64,000 bases of DNA, taken from the NCBI GenBank assembly GCA_963675495.1, contig OY776215.1, positions 2,016,001-2,080,000 of the forward strand. The letters run 5' to 3'. Positions 10,007 through 20,318 of the stretch are shown here, one piece after another. The stretch comes from an uncultured Methanolobus sp. GTDB taxonomy: Archaea > Halobacteriota > Methanosarcinia > Methanosarcinales > Methanosarcinaceae. The translations under genes and the position numbers were made by a program. The notes under the pieces were generated by a model. It made no database searches. It was not told the DNA's origin and was given only the letters and a program-made list of their open reading frames with translations. Numbering within the stretch: the first letter of the stretch is position 1; each line of letters begins with the position of its first letter.

Positions 10007-12699
10007 GCGGTTTTTACACTCCTTGTGATGTATTTTAGTCCCTCTGCACAGAGGAATGTAATGAAAGCCACTCCTATGGGCATGATCCACTCTACAGGAG
10101 ATAGGGGCAGCAATCCGAATGCTTCGTTCAGGCGAGGTATATACATTACTGACATTGTGGCGAAGAATGTAGCCAGTACGCCTGCTATCATGAGCTTGTT
10201 GGTGAAAACACCTATACTTATCACAGAGCGCTCAAGTGACCTGAATGCCAGCGGTATGAAAAGTATCATACTGACTACGGTCGCAAAAGTGAGTGTTCTT
10301 GCCATTACAGTGTCGTTTGCAGGGTCACTCAGAGCAAATACGAGGAAAGATGCTGCTCCCATTATTAAAGCCAGGGTGATGACCAGAAACAGGTTCCTCT
10401 TCTTCAGGAAATTATCGTTCGGGTCACGTGGTGGCCTACTCATTATGCCGTCTGCTGCAGGGTCCAGTCCCAGTGAGATCGCAGGCATTATCTCGTTGAA
10501 CATATTGATGAAAAGTATCTGTAGTGCCAGTAGTGGTATAAGGTCAAAACCAAGGAGCGTAATGCCTGCCATGATGAGGATCACCAGGGTGAAGTTCCTC
10601 GATATCAGATATGTTATGAATTTCTCTATGTTATTATAGATAGTTCGTCCACCTTTGACAGCTTCCACAATGGTGGCAAAATTATCATCCTGCAATATCA
10701 TTACACTGGATTCTTTTGCAACATCAGTGCCCTTTATCCCCATGGCAATACCAATATTGGCTTTTTTAAGTGCAGGTGCATCATTGACCCCGTCACCTGT
10801 CATGGCAACGATGTGTCCTTTTTTCTGCAGGGTATCGACGATCCTGAGTTTTTGTTCCGGCATTGTCCTGGCATATACATTGATGTTCTCAACTATAATT
10901 GAGAACTCTTCATCATTGAGCTCGTTGAGCTCATCCCCTGTCACTGCGCAGTCAGCTGCTATACGCTGGAGTTTCTCATCTTCATATACTCCGCATCCCT
11001 GTCTGTCTTCAAAGAGCCCTATACTTCTACCGATGGCCTTTGCAGTCTCCTGGTTATCACCGGTTATCATGATGACCTTGATGCCGGCTTTTCTGCACAT
11101 TTCCACGGCATCTTTGACCTCTTCATGTGGCGGGTCGATCATGGCGACAAGTCCAAGGAAAGTCATGTCCTTTTCAGAGTTCCCATCTAATTCTTCCCCT
11201 GGACTTTCCTTGCATGCAACTGCAAGTACACGATAGGCAGAGCTTGCGAACTCGAGATTCTTGTCAAGTACTGTTTCCCTGTCCTCTTGGGTGATACTGT
11301 ATAGTTCTCCGTTCTTCTCAATACTGCTGCATTGAGGGAGCACGAACTCAGGTGCTCCCTTTGTGAACGAGACTGTTCCCCTGCTGCTGGTGTGGATGGT
11401 TGTCATGATCTTCCTTTCAGAAGTGAAAACAATTTCCTCGACCATCTCATAGTCTTTCTCCAGCTCATCCTTCCAGAGGTCTGCCTTTGCAGCTGCAACA
11501 GTAAGCGCTATTTCCGTAGGATCCCCAATAACTTCCCATTTATCCTTTCTTTTTTCGATGGCAGAATTATTGCACAATGCGATTGCTCTAAGCAGTTTAA
11601 TTGAAGTATCTTCTTTCTTCACATCGACACTGTCGCCCCTTTTCAGGAATTCTCCTTTTGGTATGTACCCTGAACCGGTAAGTTCAAGCACGTTCCCACT
11701 GGTAAATATCTTCTCCACGGTCATTTCGTTCTTGGTGAGGGTGCCTGTTTTATCCGTACATATGACCGTTGTGGAGCCAAGTGTCTCAACAGCAAGCATC
11801 TTCCTGATTATGGCGTTGTGACCCGCCATTTTCTTCATGCCGTAGGCAAGGGTTATTGTAAGTGTAAGTGGCAACCCTTCGGGCACTGCCGCAACAGCAA
11901 GTGCAAGGGCTATAAGTAGCATATCAGCAAAAGGGGCTCCAATGGCAATACCCATTACAAAAGTGAGTGCTGAGGCAAGTATCGCAAGTACTGCAAGTGT
12001 CAGGGATAATTTAGTTATCTTTACCTGAAGGGGTGTGTCTTCGTTTTTTGTCTGTATCAGGCTGGCGATCTGTCCTATCTTTGTTCGCATTCCTGTGGAC
12101 GTGACCAAAGCCTTACATTTTCCGTGTACAAGCTGTGTACCTGCAAAGATATTTTCATTTTCACTTTTCCCAACCGGAACACTTTCACCAGTAAGGGCGG
12201 ATTCATCAAGTCTAAGGGCAACGTTTTCGAAAAGCACAGCATCTGCAGGCACCTTGTCTCCTGTTTCCAGGACAAGCACATCTCCGGGTACTACGTCAGT
12301 TGTGGGTATTTTTCGAAGTTTCATTTCCCTGATGACCGTCGTTTCAGGCTGTACTATACTTTTCAGGGCTTCCATTGCTTTTTCGGCCCTGTATTCCTGT
12401 ATAAAACCAAGTATGATAACAACAGCGATTGTAAAGATTATGACCCAAAAATCAATGATCTCATCGATCATAAGGGAAATAACAGCAGCAGCCATAAGAA
12501 CCCAGACAATAAGGTTCACGAATTGTCCAGCAAAGACCTTCAGTGCCGTAGTTTTTTCCTTCTCTTCAAGTTCGTTCTTTCCGTACTTCTGTAACCTTTC
12601 GAGTGCTTCCTGCCCGGAAAGTCCATTTGTGGAACTTTCAAGACCCTCGAACATCTCTTCTATTCCCACGGCTGCGTTACCCACTGTATTTACTCCCAC
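10003..12699 (-). CDS. Cation-transporting P-type ATPase (type IIA, Ca2+-like)
   Basis: TGES, VPEGLP, DKTGTLT, KGAPE, TGDGVND. Confidence 0.95.
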   Translation of the reverse strand: MGVNTVGNAAVGIEEMFEGLESSTNGLSGQEALERLQKYGKNELEEKEKTTALKVFAGQFVNLIVWVLMAAAVISLMIDEIIDFWVIIFTIAVVIILGFIQEYRAEKAMEALKSIVQPETTVIREMKLRKIPTTDVVPGDVLVLETGDKVPADAVLFENVALRLDESALTGESVPVGKSENENIFAGTQLVHGKCKALVTSTGMRTKIGQIASLIQTKNEDTPLQVKITKLSLTLAVLAILASALTFVMGIAIGAPFADMLLIALALAVAAVPEGLPLTLTITLAYGMKKMAGHNAIIRKMLAVETLGSTTVICTDKTGTLTKNEMTVEKIFTSGNVLELTGSGYIPKGEFLKRGDSVDVKKEDTSIKLLRAIALCNNSAIEKRKDKWEVIGDPTEIALTVAAAKADLWKDELEKDYEMVEEIVFTSERKIMTTIHTSSRGTVSFTKGAPEFVLPQCSSIEKNGELYSITQEDRETVLDKNLEFASSAYRVLAVACKESPGEELDGNSEKDMTFLGLVAMIDPPHEEVKDAVEMCRKAGIKVIMITGDNQETAKAIGRSIGLFEDRQGCGVYEDEKLQRIAADCAVTGDELNELNDEEFSIIVENINVYARTMPEQKLRIVDTLQKKGHIVAMTGDGVNDAPALKKANIGIAMGIKGTDVAKESSVMILQDDNFATIVEAVKGGRTIYNNIEKFITYLISRNFTLVILIMAGITLLGFDLIPLLALQILFINMFNEIMPAISLGLDPAADGIMSRPPRDPNDNFLKKRNLFLVITLALIMGAASFLVFALSDPANDTVMARTLTFATVVSMILFIPLAFRSLERSVISIGVFTNKLMIAGVLATFFATMSVMYIPRLNEAFGLLPLSPVEWIMPIGVAFITFLCAEGLKYITRSVKTA

Positions 12700-12738
12700 T
12701 CCACTTTTGTAAATTTAATTGAGTAATTAGTATTAGCG

Positions 12739-13662
12739 TTATATCTTTTTTAATCCATTGGCAAAGTTATTGGATATATAGTTCTCAGTGCTCATGCAGA
12801 CATGAGATGCAAAGTCAATGGCCTTTGCTATTATTTCATCCCATACATGCTCCTGGATATCTTCAATATCTGTGATCTTTCCGGAATATAACATGTAAGC
12901 GATGCCTGTATTGAAACTGTCCCCGGCACCTACAGTACTAACTGTTTCTATGCCAGGTACGTCATATGATTTTGAAAAAGAAGCTGTCTTCAGGTATACT
13001 CCTTCTGAACTGGATGTGTATATAAGGTGGTGGCAGCCATTTTCCAGAATAAACTCATAAGCTTCTTCTGAATTTTCGCATCCGTTTATCATTCTCATAT
13101 CCTCGTCTGAGGCTCTTACAATATCTGAATATGCTATGTTTTCAGATATTCTAGGCTTGATCTCTTCAAGCAGTGCCAACTGTGCTGCCCGAAAATTAGG
13201 GTCATAGAGAATGGTTGATCCTGCATTCTTTGCAGAACGAATGATGGCTTTTAGCTTAGTTCTGGTTTCTTTTGTCACAGAGAGGATGGAGCCGAACATT
13301 ACAATATCATCCGGGGCAAAACAGGGCATATCTATCTGAAGACGTTCTTGCGGAAAGTCCTCGTAGAACTCATACGTGGCATCATTCCTCTCGTTTAAAA
13401 AAGCAAGTGATAGTGGTGATTTGCCTTCGTAACGGTAGAGATACTCAGTTGATACGTTGTTCTCTTTTAGGAATTCATATATGGTATTCCCAATATTATC
13501 ATGGGCAAATTCACTTATGAATGAAATCGCAACTCCTGCTCTTCCAAGTGAAATAGAACTATTGAGCATAGCTCCTCCGGGACAGGCAGAAATCTGTTTG
13601 CCTTTGTTGAAAAGGATATCATAGAATGTTTCACTTATTGCAAAAACGCGGGCTATACTCAC
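12739..13662 (-). CDS. PfkB-family carbohydrate kinase
   Basis: PGGAMLN, YDPNFR, STVGAGDSF. Confidence 0.9.
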   Translation of the reverse strand: MSIARVFAISETFYDILFNKGKQISACPGGAMLNSSISLGRAGVAISFISEFAHDNIGNTIYEFLKENNVSTEYLYRYEGKSPLSLAFLNERNDATYEFYEDFPQERLQIDMPCFAPDDIVMFGSILSVTKETRTKLKAIIRSAKNAGSTILYDPNFRAAQLALLEEIKPRISENIAYSDIVRASDEDMRMINGCENSEEAYEFILENGCHHLIYTSSSEGVYLKTASFSKSYDVPGIETVSTVGAGDSFNTGIAYMLYSGKITDIEDIQEHVWDEIIAKAIDFASHVCMSTENYISNNFANGLKKI

Positions 13663-13679
13663 ACCTGCCGGTTTACAGG

Positions 13680-14213
13680 TTATTGCTTGTCGGTTATATC
13701 GTCCAGAATTCCCTGGTAATAGATAACCTTTCCATTCATATCTCTCATAATGGCGGTTCTTTCTTCTACAACTCTGACATAATCTTTTTTTGTTCTGATC
13801 CTGTATGTTTGCCTGAACTCATTGGCTCCTTCCATTGCGTTCTCTGTAAGTTCCAGATGCACGCGGTCCGCATCATCCGGATGTATGAGGTCTTTGAATG
13901 TGATTTTGCCTGACGTGAAGTCTTCTGCTTTGTATCCGAAATCTTCTATTCCTCTGGAAATGAATTCCAAGGGTGCACTCTCCACCGGACTGCGCAAAAA
14001 AGCTATGACCCTGGTATTGTTCACAAGTTCCTCAAGGGCTTTGATCCGAAGCTCCATCTTTTTATGGACATCAAACGATTCTGTATCGCATTTCATAACA
14101 TTTGGATCGATGTCTTTTTTGAGACTATCTTCGTTTCTCTCATCATTGCCTGAATTCTCAAATCCTGTATCCTGACTAATAGTAACCCCTCCTATATCGG
14201 ATGATAATATCAA
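13680..14213 (-). CDS. Stand-alone PAS-domain protein
   Basis: FGYKAEDF, LIHPDDADRV, YRIRTK..VEER...GKVIYYQGIL; start uncertain. Confidence 0.8.
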   Translation of the reverse strand: MILSSDIGGVTISQDTGFENSGNDERNEDSLKKDIDPNVMKCDTESFDVHKKMELRIKALEELVNNTRVIAFLRSPVESAPLEFISRGIEDFGYKAEDFTSGKITFKDLIHPDDADRVHLELTENAMEGANEFRQTYRIRTKKDYVRVVEERTAIMRDMNGKVIYYQGILDDITDKQ

Positions 14214-14278
14214 TTAATTGTTAGATTTCATAAATAGTCTTATTCACTAATTTAAGTAATTATTGTTTTAGATATTTC

Positions 14279-15451
14279 CTACTCGGATACTGCCATTCCT
14301 CGTTCTTTGTACCGAATAGACATTTCCAGTAGTATCGGAGTGATGATAATGGATACGACAACCATCAATACAATAGCAGAGAATACCTCATTGCTGATTA
14401 TTCCAAGTTCCTTACCTATTGCAATAACCACAAGTTCTACTCCGGCACGTGGCATCATGCCTATTCCAAATATCAGACTATCCATGGAACTATAACCCAC
14501 CAGTTTTGTGCCAATGAATCCTCCGATAAGTTTTCCTGAAAGGGCAAGTACAATAACGAGGATGGCAAAGACACCTGCGGTGTATAGTATTTCGATATCT
14601 ACCGAAAGTCCTATGAAAGCAAAGAAAAGTGGTGTGAAAAATCCGTAGGCAATACCACTGACCTTTTTTTGTACGGTCTCTATTTTTGCAAGTGGTAGGT
14701 CTGAGATAAGTACTCCACCAAAAAAAGCGCCAATAACAGCATGTAGTCCGAATAGCTCTGAAAAGTATGCCGAGAATAATGCAATGAGTATCACAAAAGA
14801 GAACAGTGATTCTTTAGTGTGCATTTTCTGTACATATTCGAAAAGTTGAGGGAAGAATTTCCATCCCAAAAAACCCATAATCACCATGAATACCATTATT
14901 TGTCCAAGGATCCCAAGTATGTAGATGCCTGAGGGGAATTGATTGAGTGTTGCAAATGATACTACAATAGACAACAGGAATATGCCTATTATATCGTCGA
15001 ATATTGCTGATGTCAGCATCATCGAGCCAGGTTTGCTTGAAAGATAATCAGTATCTATCAATGTTTTAACAACAACACTAATACTTGTGGGGCTGAAAGC
15101 AACCGCCATGAACAGGCTCTCTGTAAAGTTAAAACCGAACATTTCTCCCAATATGAATCCAAAACCAAACGCCACAACTATCTGTGATATTGTAGGGATG
15201 AGTGCGTTTGTTGATGCAGCTTTAAGGTCTTTGATATGAACTTCTTTGTAACCCGCAGTAAACAAAAGGAATATGGCTCCCAGTTCTGCAAAGAATGTGA
15301 AGGTTTCAATATTATCAGGCTTTAAAGTAAGAGCAAAGATAAATCCCGCTCCAATCTCTCCAATTATTCCTGGCAGCCCGAATCTTTCGCTTACCTCGCT
15401 GAGTATTCTTGCTAAGAACAATATGACCAATATTTGGAGGAGCACTTCCAT
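14279..15451 (-). CDS. Cation:proton antiporter (CPA2/NapA-like)
   Basis: Polytopic membrane protein, TSISV, AIFDDIIG, GMMPR. Confidence 0.92.
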   Translation of the reverse strand: MEVLLQILVILFLARILSEVSERFGLPGIIGEIGAGFIFALTLKPDNIETFTFFAELGAIFLLFTAGYKEVHIKDLKAASTNALIPTISQIVVAFGFGFILGEMFGFNFTESLFMAVAFSPTSISVVVKTLIDTDYLSSKPGSMMLTSAIFDDIIGIFLLSIVVSFATLNQFPSGIYILGILGQIMVFMVIMGFLGWKFFPQLFEYVQKMHTKESLFSFVILIALFSAYFSELFGLHAVIGAFFGGVLISDLPLAKIETVQKKVSGIAYGFFTPLFFAFIGLSVDIEILYTAGVFAILVIVLALSGKLIGGFIGTKLVGYSSMDSLIFGIGMMPRAGVELVVIAIGKELGIISNEVFSAIVLMVVVSIIITPILLEMSIRYKERGMAVSE

Positions 15452-15454
15452 TGA

Positions 15455-15976
15455 TCATTTTCCCCGCAATCCATGTATTTTTTTAATCATATCTGATTTT
15501 GAAACGACACCAAGCAGTTTTTTGTCCTTGGTGACACACAAACGGTCAATATGATGTTTGATCATTATGTCAGCAGCATCACAGAGGCTTGTATCGCGGG
15601 AGAGTGTCACAGGATGATGCACCATAAGGGTGGATGCCTCTTCACTTAACGCTTTGATAGCCATCAGGTGTGTATGGTGGTTTCGATGACTTCTTTCAAA
15701 AAAGAGAAATTCAAGTATGTTATCCTGATCAACAATACCAACCAGTTCATCGTCTGAATTCAGCACAGGATAGCTGTGGTATGGTGTATTCGCCATAAGT
15801 TCTATGATGTTTTCGATAGTTTCAGTATCTCTTACGACAGTGGTTTCTTTTGACATTATCTGGCTGATCTTGATATCAGCACACATATCAGATAATTTAT
15901 CCCTGTCTCTGGGTTTATCTTCTATGTCTTTTTCACTTTCTTTTTTTTCCAGGATTTCCTCTTCCTTTTCTGTCAT
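15455..15976 (-). CDS. CBS-pair protein
   Basis: Two CBS repeats (SYPVL..LVGIV; RLCV..LLGVVS). Confidence 0.88.
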   Translation of the reverse strand: MTEKEEEILEKKESEKDIEDKPRDRDKLSDMCADIKISQIMSKETTVVRDTETIENIIELMANTPYHSYPVLNSDDELVGIVDQDNILEFLFFERSHRNHHTHLMAIKALSEEASTLMVHHPVTLSRDTSLCDAADIMIKHHIDRLCVTKDKKLLGVVSKSDMIKKIHGLRGK

Positions 15977-16059
15977 GTGGATGGGTGGATATGAAAAAAT
16001 AATGATGTGGAGTACTGTTACTCCAATTTCATCAATAAAAAAATAAAAATGTTTTCACT

Positions 16060-16335
16060 TTACTTAATGTAAAGTCCGCACTTGCATGCACCGCGCATTT
16101 CAACATCTCTCACTCTTGCAGCACATGGGCAGATTATCTTCTTGTCCTGTTCCTTGTCACCTGTTCTTTTCTGACAGAAGCAGTACCATTCACCATATTC
16201 CTTCTTGTTGTTGCAAATGCCTTTTACAGCGGTTGTGATAACGTCCCAGTCTGAATTGAGTTTGTATCCTGATGTTTCAGCATTTTTCCTGGACTTTTCA
16301 TAGAATTCGGCTTCTAGGTCATTTTCGAATTTCAT
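16060..16335 (-). CDS. Ferredoxin:thioredoxin reductase catalytic-chain-like protein
   Basis: Three CxC motifs: YCFC, ICPC, CKCGLY. Confidence 0.88.
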   Translation of the reverse strand: MKFENDLEAEFYEKSRKNAETSGYKLNSDWDVITTAVKGICNNKKEYGEWYCFCQKRTGDKEQDKKIICPCAARVRDVEMRGACKCGLYIK

Positions 16336-16380
16336 TGTAACACTCTCGTTATTTTCATATTAACATTCATTTTCATAAAT

Positions 16381-17592
16381 TTAAGATTTTGCATTCTCTT
16401 TTGCCATTTCGCCAAGCTTGTAGCCGATATCACGGCACGCTCTCTTGTCTTCCTCGTAAGGTCTGAATTTGACCTGCATACTTTCCATGGCAAGTTCGAA
16501 TTTTGCACTTTCGATCTCTTTTTCCATTCCTTTGACCGCTCCCCCGCCCCAACCGTAAGAACCGAACAGGAAGTACTTCTTGTCTTTGGGGCGCAGTCCT
16601 TTCATGTAAGTGAGGAATCCGGATATTGTAAAGAACATTCCATTATTCATTGTGGGTGAGCCAATTGCGACAATAGATGCATCCATAAGCTCTTTCATGG
16701 TCAAACTCCAATCGTTCTTGCGCAGGTGTCTCAGGCGCACTTCAACCCCTGATGCCCTTGCTCCCTCCACGATTTCCATTGCCATTTTTTCAGTGCTTCC
16801 CCACATGGTATCATAGATGACAAGCAGCTTGGGTAACGAATCCCCTCTTGCCCATTTGGCATATTCTTCAATTACTCTTGATACGCCTTTTCTCCAGATG
16901 AGTCCATGTGCAGGAGCTATCATCTTAGGACTGACATCAAGTTCTTTCAGCTTTTCCACATACTTGAGTACCTGTGATCCGAACGGCAACAGGATATTGG
17001 CATAGTATATGCCAGCATCTTCCATTACATCATCAACCTCGTCGTCAAAACGTTTTGAAGTTGCCAAGTGCTGCCCGAAGGCGTCATTTGAGAAAAGTAT
17101 CCTGTCCTCTTTCACATAGGTCTGCATGCTGTCAGGCCAGTGCAGCATTGTGGCTTCAACGAACATTAGTGTCCTTTTTCCAAGGCTCAGTTCATCCCCG
17201 GTCCCAACAACCTGAAGGTCCCAGTTGTCAAAGCCTTCTTCCTTGTAGTATTCAGAAAGCCCAGTTTGCCCATTGGATGATGCAAACAACTTTGCACTGG
17301 GTGCAATGTCCATGATAGTTGATATGGAACTGGAATGATCCATCTCGACATGGTTGGAAATTACATAATCGATCTTTGAAGGATCGACTATCTGGCTTAT
17401 ACGCTTGAGCATCTCTCCTGCAAATGGTGCTTTTACAGTGTCTATGAGGGCAATTTTCTCATCAACTACAAGGTATGCATTGTAACTGCCACCTTTTGGA
17501 GTTTCGTATCCATGGAAGTCGCGCAGGTTCCAGTCAACCACACCTACCCAGTATATTCCTTTGGCCAGCTCAAGTGGTTTGTAATCATCCAT
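16381..17592 (-). CDS. fprA: Flavodiiron protein FprA
   Basis: HVEMDHSS, LHWPDS, SNDAFGQH, and a flavodoxin domain TMWGST...FGSYGWGG. Confidence 0.95.
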   Translation of the reverse strand: MDDYKPLELAKGIYWVGVVDWNLRDFHGYETPKGGSYNAYLVVDEKIALIDTVKAPFAGEMLKRISQIVDPSKIDYVISNHVEMDHSSSISTIMDIAPSAKLFASSNGQTGLSEYYKEEGFDNWDLQVVGTGDELSLGKRTLMFVEATMLHWPDSMQTYVKEDRILFSNDAFGQHLATSKRFDDEVDDVMEDAGIYYANILLPFGSQVLKYVEKLKELDVSPKMIAPAHGLIWRKGVSRVIEEYAKWARGDSLPKLLVIYDTMWGSTEKMAMEIVEGARASGVEVRLRHLRKNDWSLTMKELMDASIVAIGSPTMNNGMFFTISGFLTYMKGLRPKDKKYFLFGSYGWGGGAVKGMEKEIESAKFELAMESMQVKFRPYEEDKRACRDIGYKLGEMAKENAKS

Positions 17593-17611
17593 TCAAATAT
17601 CTCTCCTGTCC

Positions 17612-18100
17612 TTATGTTTGCATTCTGAACTCAGTTGCAGCACCAAGCAACTCATCAATTATCTGGTAGTGTCCCCTTTCAGCAGCAGCTATCTTTTCAA
17701 AGAACACACGCTGCTCTTCATTATCTGCTCTGTCTGCAAGTTCAATATAGAAATACTCACTTTTGTGCTCGAATCTAAGGGCTGCGAGAAGTATACCGAT
17801 CTCTTCGAGTTTCTCATCAGAGAATTCTTCTGTGAAAGATGCCTTGAATTTTGGGAAACTGAATTCGACTTCAGGAATGTGCTTGCTTTCCCTGAATTGC
17901 TTTAGGTATTCAGCGTGTTTTTTTTCCTCATCGGCAAGGAAAACATATAGTTTGCTTGCAGTCTCGTTCTTCATCATAGAAGCTTTTTCACCGTAATACT
18001 CCATTCCCTCTTCTTCAAGTTCTATTGCCAGACCAATTGCCTGGTCCATTGATTTTAGTTGATCAAGCTCTTCTGCGATCTCATGTAGTATATCTTTCAT
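17612..18100 (-). CDS. Ferritin-like/rubrerythrin-family protein
   Basis: Duplicated E...Y...ExxH di-iron motifs (EEKKH, ERGH). Confidence 0.88.
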   Translation of the reverse strand: MKDILHEIAEELDQLKSMDQAIGLAIELEEEGMEYYGEKASMMKNETASKLYVFLADEEKKHAEYLKQFRESKHIPEVEFSFPKFKASFTEEFSDEKLEEIGILLAALRFEHKSEYFYIELADRADNEEQRVFFEKIAAAERGHYQIIDELLGAATEFRMQT

Positions 18101-18373
18101 TTCAAAATCTCCTTTAGAGCAACATGTTAACTATTAAACCCAAAGTGCCAATGCCCGATACTCGGACGACGGCCAAACCCACTGTATCAAATCTTATCTT
18201 ATTCTGGCTTAATATACCTTTCGAGCTTAGTTTCATCTGCCTGTCATCACATATTCGGGGAAAGTTGGCAACACCCCTCTATTTAGAAAACTTTTTATCT
18301 GGAACAATACATTAATCTGGTTATATTTTATATGTCATTTACTTTCAAAAATCACTTTTATAGAGGTAGTTGA

Positions 18374-19477
18374 ATGGACAAAATCAAGATCGCAATTGTT
18401 GGGATTGGCAATTGTGCAAGCTCTCTGATCCAAGGCATTGAGTATTACAACAATAAAGAAGAAAACGATGCTACTGGCTTAATGCATTGGGATATTGGCG
18501 GTTACAGGCCATTTGATATTGAAGTAGTTGCTGCATTTGATATTGACAAAAGGAAAGTTGGTAAGGATGTATCAGAGGCTATTTTTGCACCACCCAACTG
18601 TACGGCAGTATTCTGCCCCGAGCTTCCAAAAACCGATGTCATTGTAAAAATGGGGCGTATTCTAGATGGTGTTTCTGAACATATGGTGGATTATAGCGAT
18701 AACAGGAGATTCCTTCCTTCCACTGAAAAAGAAGCCGACAAAGAACAGATAGTGAAAGAATTAAAGGACTCCGGAGCTGAGATATTGCTTAACTATCTTC
18801 CGGTAGGTTCTGAGGAAGCAGTTCGTTTCTATGCTGAATGCGCTCTTGAGGCAGGAGTTGCATACATTAATAATATGCCTGTTTTTATCGTGAGCAATCC
18901 TGAATGGGCAGCGAAGTTCGAAGAGAAAGGTATCCCTATCATTGGTGATGATATAAAAGCTCAGCTTGGTGCAACCATTACTCACAGGACTCTGGCTGAC
19001 CTTTTCCACAAGCGTGGTGTGAAACTGGAGAGAACCTATCAGCTTAATACCGGAGGCAACACTGATTTTCTTAACATGCTCAACAGGAACAGACTTGCCT
19101 CAAAGAAAGAATCCAAAACAGAAGCTGTCCAGTCTGTAGTTGGCCAGAGGATGGATGATGATAACATCCATGTAGGTCCAAGTGACTATGTTCCATGGCA
19201 GAATGATAACAAGGTCTGCTTCTTGAGAATGGAAGGAAAACTCTTTGGTGATGTTCCAATGAATATAGAGCTTCGTCTCTCGGTAGAAGATTCTCCTAAC
19301 TCTGCAGGAGTGGTCATTGATGCTATCAGGTGTTGCAAACTTGCCCTTGATAGAGGTGTTGGCGGTATACTGTACTCACCATCATCCTATTTCATGAAAC
19401 ATCCTCCAAAGCAGTTCACAGATGATGAGGCCCACCTGATGACCGATGAGTTCATCAGGGGTTTGCGGGACAACTGA
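18374..19477 (+). CDS. ino1: myo-inositol-1-phosphate synthase
   Basis: GIGNCASSL.QG, GDDIK.Q.GAT, QLN.GGNTDFLNM, EDSPNSAG. Confidence 0.96.
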   Translation: MDKIKIAIVGIGNCASSLIQGIEYYNNKEENDATGLMHWDIGGYRPFDIEVVAAFDIDKRKVGKDVSEAIFAPPNCTAVFCPELPKTDVIVKMGRILDGVSEHMVDYSDNRRFLPSTEKEADKEQIVKELKDSGAEILLNYLPVGSEEAVRFYAECALEAGVAYINNMPVFIVSNPEWAAKFEEKGIPIIGDDIKAQLGATITHRTLADLFHKRGVKLERTYQLNTGGNTDFLNMLNRNRLASKKESKTEAVQSVVGQRMDDDNIHVGPSDYVPWQNDNKVCFLRMEGKLFGDVPMNIELRLSVEDSPNSAGVVIDAIRCCKLALDRGVGGILYSPSSYFMKHPPKQFTDDEAHLMTDEFIRGLRDN

Positions 19478-19490
19478 ATCGGAATCATAC

Positions 19491-20318
19491 ATGATATTTG
19501 CTACCACTGGGAGGAAACGCAGGATATATGGTGTTGACTTCAGTGGTGCAAAAGATGCAGGTCGCAAGATCTGGATAAGCGAAGGGGTTGCAGAAGGTGA
19601 TATGCTTACACTTCTCAACTGTTATCCCATATCGGATATTGTAGCTAATAAGAGCAAGGAGAGAGGGGCATGTCTATCTGCTTTGCGCGACCTTATAATT
19701 TCAAACAAACAGTCTGTTTTTGGGATGGATTTCCCTTTTAGTCTTCCTCAAAAACTGATGTCCGGCAAAGACTGGTATTCTTTTGTATCTGATTTTCCTC
19801 GCGAATATCAATCTGCCGACGAATTTAGAGCGGCGATGCAAATTGCCGGTGGAAAAACTGAATTGAAGCGTCTTACAGATGTTGAGGTCAAGGCTCCGTT
19901 TAGCATTTACAATCTCTGGGTATACAAGCAGACATACTACGGAATTCGTGATGTTGTACGTCCTCTTGTAATGTCAGGAGAAGCTTGTGCACTTCCGATG
20001 CAGGAACCACAGGAACATAAGCCATGGCTTATGGAAATATGTCCGGCATCAACACTGAAGAGTGAAGACCTTTACATCAGCTATAAGGGAAGGACTGAAA
20101 AAGAGAGGCAAACCCGGAAACACATTCTGGATGAAATGCTCCATAAAGGAATAACTGTCCCGGACGAAATCCGGGAACAAATAATATACAATAAGGATGG
20201 AGATGCCCTTGACAGCTTCATTGCAGCCTATGCTACATTTCGGTCTTTCAGGAAGCTTGATGATATCATTGGTAACTTGCCTGACATCTATCTCCGGGAA
20301 GGTTACACTTTCTTTTAA
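19491..20318 (+). CDS. DUF429-like predicted RNase H-fold protein
   Basis: GVDFSGA, MDFPFSLP, EICPA, DALDS. Confidence 0.75.
   Translation: MIFATTGRKRRIYGVDFSGAKDAGRKIWISEGVAEGDMLTLLNCYPISDIVANKSKERGACLSALRDLIISNKQSVFGMDFPFSLPQKLMSGKDWYSFVSDFPREYQSADEFRAAMQIAGGKTELKRLTDVEVKAPFSIYNLWVYKQTYYGIRDVVRPLVMSGEACALPMQEPQEHKPWLMEICPASTLKSEDLYISYKGRTEKERQTRKHILDEMLHKGITVPDEIREQIIYNKDGDALDSFIAAYATFRSFRKLDDIIGNLPDIYLREGYTFF

Noticed and set aside
10025-12712. Long plus-strand ORFs opposite the ATPase (and similar ones opposite mer, arsM, feoB)
   Set aside because: Ser/Ile-rich antisense shadows of real genes
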